Positions 1-8,552 of a stretch of 64,000 nucleotides of DNA are shown here, in pieces. The DNA is from Desulfarculia bacterium. Its GTDB lineage: Bacteria; Desulfobacterota; Desulfarculia; G963662305. The stretch lies in assembly GCA_963662305.1 (NCBI GenBank), contig OY759351.1:800396-864395 (forward strand), read 5' to 3'. The translations under genes were made by a program, and so were the position numbers. Positions within the stretch are counted from its first letter, which is position 1, and each line of letters begins with the position of its first letter. Under the pieces are notes generated by a model that was given only the letters and a program-made list of their open reading frames with translations, was not told where the DNA came from and did no database searches.

Positions 1-722
1 CCGCCGTGGGCAAGGATTTCGACTCTTACGCCCAACGGCTGACCAGGTTCAAGCTGCCCCTGGAAGGGTTGCGCCGGATCGAGGAGGAGTTCACCTCCGG
101 TTGCTACATCACCACCGACGCCGCCAACAACCAGATCACCGGGTTCAACCCCGGGGCCATGAAGCACGGTTCGGATTACGATTTCAACGGAATCCCGGCC
201 GAGGAGTGCCTGGCCGTGGTGGCCCCGGGCAACCTGGACGACATGGTCGGCTATCCGCGCAAGTATAGAGAGCACGGTATCAAATACATCTTCGACCCCG
301 GCCAGCAGATCCCGGTCCTGACCGCGGAGCAGATGCTCGAAGCCATCGAGGGCTGCTACATCCTTATCACCAATGATTACGAACTGGAGATGATCCTTAA
401 GGCCACCGGGTTGACCAAAGAGAGGATCCTGGCCATGGGCAAGACCGTCATCACCACCCTGGGCGAGGATGGCTCCCGGATCTCCACGGCCGAGGGCGAG
501 GTGATCATCCCCTCCGCCAAGCCGAAAGTCGTCAACGACCCCACCGGCGCCGGGGACGCCTACCGGTCCGGGCTGGTCAAGGGCCTGGTTACGGGCGAAG
601 ATCTGGAGACCGCGGCCAAGATGGGTACGGTCTGTGGCAGCTTTGCCGTGGAGTACCACGGGACCCAGGAGCACAGCTTCACCCAGGAGGAGTTTTGGGA
701 AAGGTATAAGGAGAGTTTTTAA
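1..722 (+). CDS. PfkB-family carbohydrate/nucleoside kinase, 5'-truncated by window edge
   Basis: The frame is open to the window start. C-terminal PfkB signature DPTGAGDAYRSGLVKGL. The stop at 720-722 is followed by a palindromic repeat. Confidence 0.8.
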   Translation, partial: AVGKDFDSYAQRLTRFKLPLEGLRRIEEEFTSGCYITTDAANNQITGFNPGAMKHGSDYDFNGIPAEECLAVVAPGNLDDMVGYPRKYREHGIKYIFDPGQQIPVLTAEQMLEAIEGCYILITNDYELEMILKATGLTKERILAMGKTVITTLGEDGSRISTAEGEVIIPSAKPKVVNDPTGAGDAYRSGLVKGLVTGEDLETAAKMGTVCGSFAVEYHGTQEHSFTQEEFWERYKESF

Positions 723-731
723 AAGGAAAGC

Positions 732-812
732 GGGGGAATCTTTTTGAAAAAGATTCCCCCGCACCCCCTTCAAAACACGCAGGGGCCTTATCAAGCCAAG
801 CTTGATAAGGCC
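732..812 (+). repeat. REP-like bipartite palindromic element (copy R1)
   Basis: Hairpin gggggaatctttttgaaaaagattccccc, then the spacer cccttcaaaac, then hairpin ggccttatcaagc-caa-gcttgataaggcc. The same architecture recurs at 1266-1349, 5216-5338, 13382-13465, 15117-15202 and 15278-15359. Confidence 0.75.
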
Positions 813-820
813 TCAACTAT

Positions 821-1240
821 TTAACCCCCTCTCCCCTTCTGTACAGACCGGGGACATGGGTAACACCCGTTCGGGGAGATAGGTAACAGATTATCCCAGG
901 TGGTGCCAGGGCTGCGTCCCTGACACCCTCCCTTAAGATTAATGAGTTCTGTCATGGCTGCGCCCATGACAGCAAAGACAGTAATCAAACTTTTCTTTCC
1001 GGAAGACGCTTCGCTAGGGCCAAGGGGCCTCTTCGCTTTTTGCGGTCCAAAAAGCTCGCCGGCTCCTTGGAACCCCGCTCGCAAAAACACATTCTTCTTC
1101 GGGCGATTCGGTGCCCTCCGGGCCTTTCCAACTTGGGTTGTAATTGGAGCGACCCTACAGACCCCGGGAAAGCTGGAACTGAAGGAAGGAAAAGCCGCTT
1201 TGTAAAGAGGCCGTCCATATTCATGGACGGCCATTAATCA
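821..1240 (-). repeat. Conserved structured non-coding element, copy A (unclassified ncRNA or MITE-like)
   Basis: The reverse strand begins with hairpin ggccgtccatgaatatggacggcc (1209-1232). It shares four conserved blocks with 13500-13783. One block of about 94 nt differs at about 4 positions by manual alignment. Confidence 0.6.
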
Positions 1241-1265
1241 AAAAGATGCCCCAGGTTAAACGTTT

Positions 1266-1349
1266 GGCAATATCAAGCGCAGCTTGGTATTGCCCTTGAA
1301 GGTTTTGGGAGGGGTCCGGGGAACCCTTTTGCAAAAAGGGTTCCCCGGG
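1266..1349 (-). repeat. REP-like bipartite palindromic element (copy R2, inverted)
   Basis: ggcaatatcaagc-gca-gcttggtattgcc, then cttgaaggttttgggagggg, then ccggggaacccttttgcaaaaagggttccccgg. Lies immediately 3' of the glycosyltransferase stop. Confidence 0.75.
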
Positions 1350-1352
1350 TTC

Positions 1353-2072
1353 CTAAAGCTCACTTGGCCAGGGGGGCTTGCGGTTCAGTTTGTGGTAGAG
1401 CCACAGCTGGCCCAGGCGGGCGAAGCGGGTGACGCCTTCCCGGATCAGGTTGAACCGGCTGCCCCGGCGGTCGTGGCAGAAGACCGGGATCTCCTTTATG
1501 GCCCTTCCCTCCAGCTGGGCCCGGTAGGTCAGGTTCAGGATGTAGTCGGTGGAGGGGCCCACCCAACCCAGGTTTTTGAGGATAAGGTCTTTTCTGAAAG
1601 CCTTGGCCGCCAGGGAGTAATCCTGATAGCCCAGGCCCAGGATGGCCCGGGCGCAGAGGATGAACAGCCCGGAGCCGGTGATCCTGATCCAGGAGCGGCG
1701 CTGGGTGCCCATCTTCTTGGAGCCGATCACCAGATCGTACCCCTCAAGAAGCTCCAGGGCCCTGGGGATGAACTCCAGATCCACCGAGAGGTCCATGTCC
1801 TGAGTCAGGATAAGATCAAAGGAAGCCTTCTTGAGCCCCTCCCGGAAGGCCGCGCCCGGCCCCTTGGCTGGAAGATGGAAGAAGATGACCCTGGGATCCT
1901 GGGCGGCCAGGCTCCGGCCCAGAGGTTCGGTCCGGTCAAAGGAGCCGTTGGAGCCCACGATAATCTCAAAGGGCCGGCTTAAGTTTTCCATGAACCGGGC
2001 CAGCCGCTTCAGGTTGGGCTCCATGATCCGCTCTTCGTTAAAGGCCGGAATGAACAGGCTGACCCCTTTCAT
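1353..2072 (-). CDS. Family 2 glycosyltransferase (dolichyl-phosphate-sugar transferase-like)
   Basis: N-terminus VSLFIPAFNEE is typical of GT2. Start trimmed to ATG 2072, which forms an ATGA overlap with the stop of the upstream radical SAM gene. Confidence 0.8.
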   Translation of the reverse strand: MKGVSLFIPAFNEERIMEPNLKRLARFMENLSRPFEIIVGSNGSFDRTEPLGRSLAAQDPRVIFFHLPAKGPGAAFREGLKKASFDLILTQDMDLSVDLEFIPRALELLEGYDLVIGSKKMGTQRRSWIRITGSGLFILCARAILGLGYQDYSLAAKAFRKDLILKNLGWVGPSTDYILNLTYRAQLEGRAIKEIPVFCHDRRGSRFNLIREGVTRFARLGQLWLYHKLNRKPPWPSEL

Positions 2073-3379
2073 CCGGCCAGCCTCCGGAAAAGCCTCAACC
2101 CCTGCTTCAGTCCGCCATCCTTGGCCAGGGCCCGACCCAGATAGGCGGGCCGCAGATAGAACCGCCGGTAGGCCCGCCTTATCTCTCCGGCCCATTGGGA
2201 CTCACGGCGGAGTTGCGCCCCGGCCCAGGCGGCCCAGGACTCAGCCTCATCTCCCCAGGGAGTTCCCGGGTAGGGGGTGTGGAGGTGAAAGGAGGCGTAG
2301 GTGGGCTCTATTCTTTTGGCCAGGTCCACGGTCCTCCCGGCCTGCTCGGGGGTTTGGCCCGGCAGGCCCAGGAGAAAGAAGGCCGCCGTCCTTATCCCGG
2401 CCCGGCGAGCCTGGTCCATGAGGCTTTTGGCCCGGTCCGGGTCGATGGGCTTCCCTGATATTTGCTGGAGTTTTTCGTCGGCCGTCTCGATTCCCAGATG
2501 GATCAGGGAGCAGCCGGCCAGGGCCATTAGACGGATCAGTTCCTCGTCCAGGGCGTCCAGCCTGGTCTGGCAGGCCCAGGGGGGCACAGGCCCTTTTGCC
2601 AGATCCCCGCAGAGCCTGACCGTGAAATCCCGCCGGGCCGTGAACTCCAGATCGAAAAAGTAGAGGGATTGTGCCCCCTGGTCCTTTACCAACCATCGGA
2701 CCTCCTCCAAAACGCGTTCCGGGGGTTTGGTCCTCAGCCCAGGGGGGTACATGGCCTTGAGGCAGAAAGGGCAGTGAAAGGGGCAGCCCCTGCCGGTTTC
2801 GATCAGCCCCAGCCTTTTACCTATGAGTTCGTAAGAGTAATCGGCCAGGTCCAGAAGGTGATAGGCCGGAGCCGGCAGTTGGGATATATCGGTCGGGGAT
2901 CGTTCCGGGTTGGTCCGGACCTCCTCCCCCTCCCGCCAGGTCAGACCGGGAATTTTCCCGAGAGGCAGGGATCGGGCCAGTTCCCCGGCAGCCTGCTCAT
3001 ACTCGCCCCGGATCACCCCCCGGGCCCCTGTGGCCTCCAGCATTTCTCCGGGGAACAGGGTCCCCTGGACTCCGGCCAGGAACAGCCGCTCAGGGGGCAG
3101 CAGATCAACCAGATCCAGCACAGGTTCAAGCTCCAGGTTGGGGCATTGCCAGCGGTCCAGGGGGGAGGTGGTCAGAATAATCAGGCCGGCCTTGGCGGCT
3201 TCCCTACGGATCTTTTCCGGGGAGCGGGGCCGGGCCCGCAGGTCCAGCAGCGCCGTCTGGTGGCCCTGCTGAACCACCACGGCGGCGCAGTTCAGCAGGT
3301 CCAGCGGCGGCCAGGGCCGGTTGTGGCGGTCCCGGCTGATCAGGGAGCCGAATCCGGGATTGATAAACAGCACTCTCAC
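2069..3379 (-). CDS. B12-binding-domain radical SAM protein
   Basis: CxxxCxxC motif in GRGCPFHCPFCLK preceded by an N-terminal B12-binding-like region. GTG start with GGAG upstream. Confidence 0.85.
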   Translation of the reverse strand: MRVLFINPGFGSLISRDRHNRPWPPLDLLNCAAVVVQQGHQTALLDLRARPRSPEKIRREAAKAGLIILTTSPLDRWQCPNLELEPVLDLVDLLPPERLFLAGVQGTLFPGEMLEATGARGVIRGEYEQAAGELARSLPLGKIPGLTWREGEEVRTNPERSPTDISQLPAPAYHLLDLADYSYELIGKRLGLIETGRGCPFHCPFCLKAMYPPGLRTKPPERVLEEVRWLVKDQGAQSLYFFDLEFTARRDFTVRLCGDLAKGPVPPWACQTRLDALDEELIRLMALAGCSLIHLGIETADEKLQQISGKPIDPDRAKSLMDQARRAGIRTAAFFLLGLPGQTPEQAGRTVDLAKRIEPTYASFHLHTPYPGTPWGDEAESWAAWAGAQLRRESQWAGEIRRAYRRFYLRPAYLGRALAKDGGLKQGLRLFRRLAG

Positions 3380-3522
3380 CCGGCTGCTCCGGCAGGCTTG
3401 TCAAAGTCCAACGGCAGACCCCTTATTTTGGCTCCGGAAATGGCCGGATACCTAATTAGTTCTACCATATGGCGAGGGTTATGAGGATAGCGGCCCTGTT
3501 CGTTCCAGTTTTTTCCCCGCTA

Positions 3523-4350
3523 TCAGGCCGGAACATCCTTTTCTTGGGGGCTGTCGGTCCAGATGGTCATGGTCCCCACCTCCCGGAAACCCAGGGACGA
3601 ATATAAAGGCCGCCCCATTTCCGTGGCCAGGAGCACCGCCCCGGTGCAACCTTCTTGGACGGCCCCTTTCAGGGCGTTCAGAAACACGGCCCGGCCATAG
3701 CCCTTTCTGCGGAAATCCGGGTCCGTGGAAACATAGTCCAGGGCGATCACGTCTTTCATCCGGAAGTAAGAGGAGGAACAGGCCACCCGGCCCTCTTTCA
3801 GGCCCACATGGTGGCGATAGGCCGGATCGGGTTGCCCTGATTCGGTCAGGATGGATTCAAAAGCCTGGCGGCCCTGAGCGGGAGGGATGTTCACCGCCGG
3901 GCAAAAAACATCCATCATCCGCTGAAGCAGCTCCGTATCCCGGATCAGAGTCAATTCCAGCTCTTTGGGCCGGGCCGCCCGAGGCAGGGGCTTGGTCAGG
4001 TCCAAGGCCATGCAGGTAAGGTTCTCATCCTTCCTAAACCCCCTGGCCGCAAGCCTTTGGCCCAGGTCCTTGGGCTGGGCCGTAGGGCCCACCCACCACC
4101 AGGAATGCCGTCCCCTATCGCGAAACCGGCTCAAGGCCCGGTCCAGTTCCCGGTCCGCCGGCTCGGGGTCCAGGTCCAGATCGAAAACGCAGTTGTAACC
4201 GTCGTTCCGGTCCGAGGTCATGATCCAGGTCAAGCCTTCCTTTTGGGCACCTTCCATGTCTTCCAGGTCCAGCAGGCGGCGCAGGGTGATCCACATGCAG
4301 TCTTCGCACAGCCTGATCCACTCATTCCCGTTTCCGCTCTTTTTGTTCAT
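3523..4350 (-). CDS. GNAT family N-acetyltransferase
   Basis: Acetyl-CoA motif RRKGYGRAVF. Start moved to ATG 4350, which has GAGGT upstream (the track ORF begins at a GTG at 4380). Confidence 0.75.
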   Translation of the reverse strand: MNKKSGNGNEWIRLCEDCMWITLRRLLDLEDMEGAQKEGLTWIMTSDRNDGYNCVFDLDLDPEPADRELDRALSRFRDRGRHSWWWVGPTAQPKDLGQRLAARGFRKDENLTCMALDLTKPLPRAARPKELELTLIRDTELLQRMMDVFCPAVNIPPAQGRQAFESILTESGQPDPAYRHHVGLKEGRVACSSSYFRMKDVIALDYVSTDPDFRRKGYGRAVFLNALKGAVQEGCTGAVLLATEMGRPLYSSLGFREVGTMTIWTDSPQEKDVPA

Positions 4351-4376
4351 GTGCTTACCTCTATATTCACAGGCCG

Positions 4377-5198
4377 TCACGGAGCCAGAACAAATCTCCT
4401 CAGGCGGCAGTATTCCCTGAATCCCAGTTTTTCGTAGATGGGCCTGCCAGCCTCGCTGGCCTGGAGGACGGCCAGGCCACAGCCCCGGTCCCGGGCTTCC
4501 CTGAGAGCCCTCACGGTCACGACCGTGCCCAGTCCCCGGCCCCTGGTCCCGGGGATGGTCCCCACCCCGGCCAGGAGAGCCCAGTCCCCCTCCACGACCA
4601 AGGAGGCGGTGGCGCAGATTTCTCCGGAGAGGCGGACCGCAAAGTTGGCTATTTTTCCATCCGTTCCGCTGTCAAGCCTGATCTGGGCGGCCAGGGCTAA
4701 CTGGGCGGCTCCTGGTCTTGAGGAGTAGGCCTGGGCCGAGGCTCGGCAAAAGCGGGCCATATTTTCCGCCCCCCTGATCCGGACCGGTTCGATCTCAGCA
4801 GCCGCGCCTTCCAGGCTGAGCAGGGACAGGTCCCCGGCCATGCCCATAAGATCCAGGCCTGGGGTGAAGCCCGCCTCTATGAGGGTCTGGCCCAGATCAT
4901 CGGGCCTGGTGGATGGGCCTACCCACCAGGTGAAGCCCACCGATCTTTCCAGGTAGGGGGCGGAGATTTCCCTGATCCTGCGGTCCAGCCCGGCCGGATT
5001 CAGATCGGCCTGGAAGACCGTGTTGACGTTGGGCAGATCCAACCCGCAGATCACCGACTTGGCATCCGGGTGAACGATTTCCCGCACTCCCGGAGCCAGA
5101 GTGTATTTCAGCCGCCACCCGGCCCAGCTTCGGTCGATGATCCGGCAGACCTCCTCGATCGTATATCCGGCCAGTGAACCGCTCATGAGAGCCCCCAT
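4377..5198 (-). CDS. GNAT family N-acetyltransferase (paralog of neighbour)
   Basis: RGRGLGTVVTVRAL and YEKLGFRE motifs, with the same two-lobed layout as 3523-4350. An alternative start at 5186 is possible. Confidence 0.75.
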   Translation of the reverse strand: MGALMSGSLAGYTIEEVCRIIDRSWAGWRLKYTLAPGVREIVHPDAKSVICGLDLPNVNTVFQADLNPAGLDRRIREISAPYLERSVGFTWWVGPSTRPDDLGQTLIEAGFTPGLDLMGMAGDLSLLSLEGAAAEIEPVRIRGAENMARFCRASAQAYSSRPGAAQLALAAQIRLDSGTDGKIANFAVRLSGEICATASLVVEGDWALLAGVGTIPGTRGRGLGTVVTVRALREARDRGCGLAVLQASEAGRPIYEKLGFREYCRLRRFVLAP

Positions 5199-5215
5199 TA
5201 CGGTTTATTGGAATC

Positions 5216-5338
5216 GGGGGAACTTTTGTAAAAGTTCCATCCCCCTCAAAACCTTATCAGCATTATCAAGCTTTGCTTGATAATGCGCCTAAAAGTTTGG
5301 GAGGGGTTTGGGGCGCCCTTTTCCAAAGGGCGCCCCAG
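5216..5338. repeat. Composite (full palindromic) REP-like element
   Basis: Hairpin1, ccccctcaaaacc, central hairpin gcattatcaagc-ttt-gcttgataatgc, aaaagtttgggagggg, then an inverted hairpin1-like ggggcgcccttttccaaagggcgcccc. Confidence 0.7.
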
Positions 5339-5341
5339 CCT

Positions 5342-5372
5342 AAAAAAAGAGCCGCCGGAAATCCGGCGGCTC
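5342..5372 (-). terminator. Rho-independent terminator of fhs
   Basis: Stem gagccgccgg/ccggcggctc with a 4-nt loop, followed on the minus strand by a run of 7 T. Confidence 0.7.
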
Positions 5373-5423
5373 TCGTAAAGAGGCGGGGAAGGGGTTTCCC
5401 CCTCCCCGGATTTCCGAATCAGT

Positions 5424-7199
5424 TTAGAACAGGCCGGTGACCTTGCCGGTGTCGGTGTCCACGTCCACCCGCCTGAAAGCCGGGTTGGAGCCGGTGCCGG
5501 GCATCAGGGAGATGGCTCCGGCCACGGGGACCACGAATCCGGCGCCGCCGTAGGTCAGGACGTCGCGGATCTGGAGACGCCAGCCCTTGGGTACGCCCTT
5601 GAGGGCCGGGTTGTCGGTGAGGGACAGGTGGGTCTTGACCATGCACATGCCCAGTTTGGACAGCTCGGGGTCGGCCTCGATCCTCTTGGCCTTGGCCGCG
5701 GCCACATCGGAGTAGTCCACGCCGTCGGCTCCGTAGACCTCTTTGGCGATGAGTTCGATCCGCTTGCGGACCGGCATCTCCAGGTCGTAGAGGAGTTTGA
5801 ATTCGTTGGGCTCGTTGCAGGCGTCGATAACGGCATCGGCGAATTCCAAGGCGCCTTCGCCGCCGTACTGCCAGTGACGGGACAGGGCCACCCGGGCGCC
5901 GGCCGCCTCGCCCAGCTCGCGGACCTTTTTGATCTCGTTGTCCGTGTCGGTGTAGAAGGCGTTGAGGCAGACCACGGGGTTGATCCCGGCCTTACGCACG
6001 GTTTTGATGTGGTGAACCAGGTTTTCGCAGCCCTTCTCAACCCACGCCACGTTCTCGCCCTGGTACTCTTTGGGCATGGGCTTGCCGGGCACTGGGATGG
6101 GGGCCCCGCCGTGGCACTTGAGGGCCCGGATGGTGGCCACGATCACGGCGCAGTTGGGCTTGAGGCCGGAGAAGCGGCACTTCAGGTTCCAGAACTTCTC
6201 AAAGCCGATGTCGGCCCCGAAACCGGACTCGGTGAGGTGGATGTCGGACAGCTTGAGGGCGATCCGGTCGGCCAGAATGGAGGACTGGCCGATGGCGATG
6301 TTGGCGAAGGGACCGGCGTGTACGAACACCGGCTGGCCTTCCAGGGACTGGAGCAGGTTGGGGTTCAACGCCTCGACCATCCAGGCGGTCATGGCTCCGG
6401 CCACCTGGAGCATCTCGGTGGTCACGGCCTCGCCTTTCTTGTTGTAGGCCACCACGATCTTGCCCATGCGCTCGCGCATGTCTTTCAGGTCCTTGGCCAC
6501 GGCCAGGATGGCCATGATCTCGGAGGAAACGGCGATGCCGAACTTGGAGTGCATCATGAAGCCGTTGGCCTTGACCCCGTTGTCCAGGCCGATGATGATG
6601 TGGCGCAGAGCCTGGACGCAGAAGTCGATGATCCAGCCCATTTCCACGTTGGTGGGGTCGATGTCCAGCCGCTCCATGTTGGACAGCCGGGCCAGCTGCT
6701 CGTCGGTGTAGTTCCGCTCGTGCTGCATCCGGGAGGTCAGGGCCACCATGGCCAGGTTGTGGGCGTTCATGATGGCGTTGATGTCGCCGGTGAGCCCCAG
6801 GGAGAAGGGGGTCAGGGGGATGCACTGGGACAGCCCGCCGCCCGCGGCCGAGCCCTTGATGTTCATGGTCGGGCCGCCGGAAGGCTGGCGGATGGCGGCG
6901 GTGACGTTGACCCCGCGCTTACCCATGCCCTGGAGGAGACCCATGGTGGAGGTGGACTTGCCCTCGCCCAAAGGGGTGGGAGTGATGGCGGTCACATCCA
7001 CGTACTTGCCGTCAGGCTTGTCGGCCAACCGGTCTAGGACCTTTTTGGCGTCGACCTTGCCGTACCAATGTCCATAGGGCAGGCGTTCATCATCGGTCAG
7101 TCCGAGCATGTCAGCCAGTTCATTGAACTTTTTCATGGTGGGCTCGGCGGCTAGCGCGATCTCCCAATCCTGATGTTTGGTCGGATCCGGAAGGGCCAT
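5424..7199 (-). CDS. fhs: Formate--tetrahydrofolate ligase
   Basis: Full-length match to the FTHFS family, including [24 protein letters not shown] before the ATG. Confidence 0.95.
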   Translation of the reverse strand: MALPDPTKHQDWEIALAAEPTMKKFNELADMLGLTDDERLPYGHWYGKVDAKKVLDRLADKPDGKYVDVTAITPTPLGEGKSTSTMGLLQGMGKRGVNVTAAIRQPSGGPTMNIKGSAAGGGLSQCIPLTPFSLGLTGDINAIMNAHNLAMVALTSRMQHERNYTDEQLARLSNMERLDIDPTNVEMGWIIDFCVQALRHIIIGLDNGVKANGFMMHSKFGIAVSSEIMAILAVAKDLKDMRERMGKIVVAYNKKGEAVTTEMLQVAGAMTAWMVEALNPNLLQSLEGQPVFVHAGPFANIAIGQSSILADRIALKLSDIHLTESGFGADIGFEKFWNLKCRFSGLKPNCAVIVATIRALKCHGGAPIPVPGKPMPKEYQGENVAWVEKGCENLVHHIKTVRKAGINPVVCLNAFYTDTDNEIKKVRELGEAAGARVALSRHWQYGGEGALEFADAVIDACNEPNEFKLLYDLEMPVRKRIELIAKEVYGADGVDYSDVAAAKAKRIEADPELSKLGMCMVKTHLSLTDNPALKGVPKGWRLQIRDVLTYGGAGFVVPVAGAISLMPGTGSNPAFRRVDVDTDTGKVTGLF

Positions 7200-7794
7200 T
7201 GAATTCCTCCTTGAGTGTATATTGAGCTGTGTTTATCCCGTGTGAAGCCGCCACGCCTAAGACATCATGGCTGCGTCACTATATAAGCCTGATGGCGGAG
7301 TGGGCCCGGGGTTGTCGAGTCAACAACCCACACAAACGCGATTTTTTAACACAGGGGCGGAATTGAGTCAAGCCGATTGGAAGCAAAGAAGTGGTGGTGC
7401 AATATGCCTCCGGCTCCCCGGCCCGATGGGTGGGCGGGCTGTTTCCAATTGGAAACGACGTAAACTTTTCGACATCCTCTGGCATGCCCGGGACCACCCG
7501 GGGCGCTCAGTTGGCTCCGGTCCGGTTTCGCCCCGAGAGCCTTTCCGGGAAAGGGGCGCCCGAATTTCTCCAGGGGAAAAAGGAACCGATTCATGAAATT
7601 TATGCGGAATTGCTCCGGGTTTTCCCCTCGGGTGGTTATCCTTGTCAATTCCAGGACTTATCAATAATCCGCGCAAAAAGGGCTTGCCCTCCCCGGTGGC
7701 AGCCTATATAGTCCGCATCTTTGAGATGCCGAACCCAAGATATGGACGGATCGTAAAGTATTTTCTGCGATGTGCAGTCCTAAGAGGATAACGA

Positions 7795-8451
7795 ATGCGA
7801 ACCATAGCCGTGCTATCCACCGGGCTGGTGCTGGGAACCTTCCTGGCCGCCAGCCCTGTAGAACCCTTTCAAGTTCAAGGCGAGCTTGAGCTCGCCCTCC
7901 GCTCCGATCCTTTCGATACCCTGGTGCCGGAAAAACTCGATCGCCACGTCAACCGTTTTCTGCATGAAGAGGACCGCCGCCGCTTTCTGCTGGAGGGGCT
8001 GGCCAGATCGGGAAGCTTCGTGCCCCTGATCCAGGAGATATTCCAGGAGAAGGGCATCCCCGCCGAGCTGGCCTACGTGGCCATGGTGGAGAGCCAGTTC
8101 ACCATAGACGCCCAGTCGCCCGGAGGGCAGGTGGGTCTGTGGCAGTTCCAGCCCCACACCGCCCGGGCCATGGGACTTATCGTGAACGAATATCTGGACG
8201 AGCGGACCGACCCCATCAAATCCACCTATGCCGCAGCCGACTACCTGCTCAGAATGTACAACCGCTTCGACGACTGGTCCCTGGCCCTGGTGGCCTACAA
8301 CACCGGCCCCACCAAGCTGCAGAAGGCCATGAAGGAGACCAACACCACGACCTTCAACCAGATGTGGGAGATCGAGGCCCTGCCCTATTCGGTTTTGAGC
8401 TATGTCTACCGGGTGGCGGCCGTGGCCAGCCTGGCCAAGGCTATAAGGTAG
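7795..8451 (+). CDS. Lytic transglycosylase (SLT domain) protein with signal peptide
   Basis: SLT motifs AMVESQF, GLWQF and AYNTG, plus a hydrophobic N-terminus. Confidence 0.8.
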   Translation: MRTIAVLSTGLVLGTFLAASPVEPFQVQGELELALRSDPFDTLVPEKLDRHVNRFLHEEDRRRFLLEGLARSGSFVPLIQEIFQEKGIPAELAYVAMVESQFTIDAQSPGGQVGLWQFQPHTARAMGLIVNEYLDERTDPIKSTYAAADYLLRMYNRFDDWSLALVAYNTGPTKLQKAMKETNTTTFNQMWEIEALPYSVLSYVYRVAAVASLAKAIR

Positions 8452-8552
8452 GCATTTCCTACGAAATCCCGCTATAAAGACAATATCATCCTGGGTCCGG
8501 TTGAGGAAACAGGTCCGGAGTCTGATATAACCCGTATCCGGCCGCCGGGGAT

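Noticed and set aside
942-1237. Several overlapping ORFs of 65-137 aa in the repeated element (821-1234, 942-1205, 985-1224, 1040-1237), with similar-looking translations at 13473-13785.
   Set aside because: Codon-by-codon comparison of the two copies shows identical blocks alternating with blocks where all three codon positions differ. There is almost no synonymous-only change. Several frames are open simultaneously, as expected for GC-rich non-coding DNA. I treat the region as a non-coding element.
821-1240. Possibility that the two similar copies are a DGR template/variable repeat pair.
   Set aside because: The differences are not confined to adenine positions. Neither copy lies at the 3' end of a target gene. 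No reverse transcriptase is in the window. The copies are inverted and 12 kb apart.
5628-7037. Long antisense ORFs inside real genes: 469 aa opposite fhs, 472 aa at 11917-13335 opposite nfnB, 475 aa at 30555-31982 opposite trpB2, 412 aa at 28218-29456, 367 aa at 41423-42526, and 425 aa at 33895-35172.
   Set aside because: Their composition is low-complexity and rich in Gly, Arg, Pro, Val and His. They have no motifs and each fully overlaps a gene with strong family signatures. This is a typical high-GC artefact.
7215-7330. ZTP (pfl) riboswitch in the fhs leader. The minus strand reads gggttgttgactcgacaacc...ccgccatcaggc, loosely like GGGUCGUGACUGGCG ... CCGCCUGGGC.
   Set aside because: The most conserved positions (GACUGGCG and CCGCCUGGGC) are mismatched and I cannot build the pseudoknot. 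It deserves a cmscan with RF01750, but it is not supportable by eye. The 600-bp fhs/slt intergenic region otherwise shows only a weak sigma70-like promoter (TTGCCC-17-TATAGT at 7684-7712).
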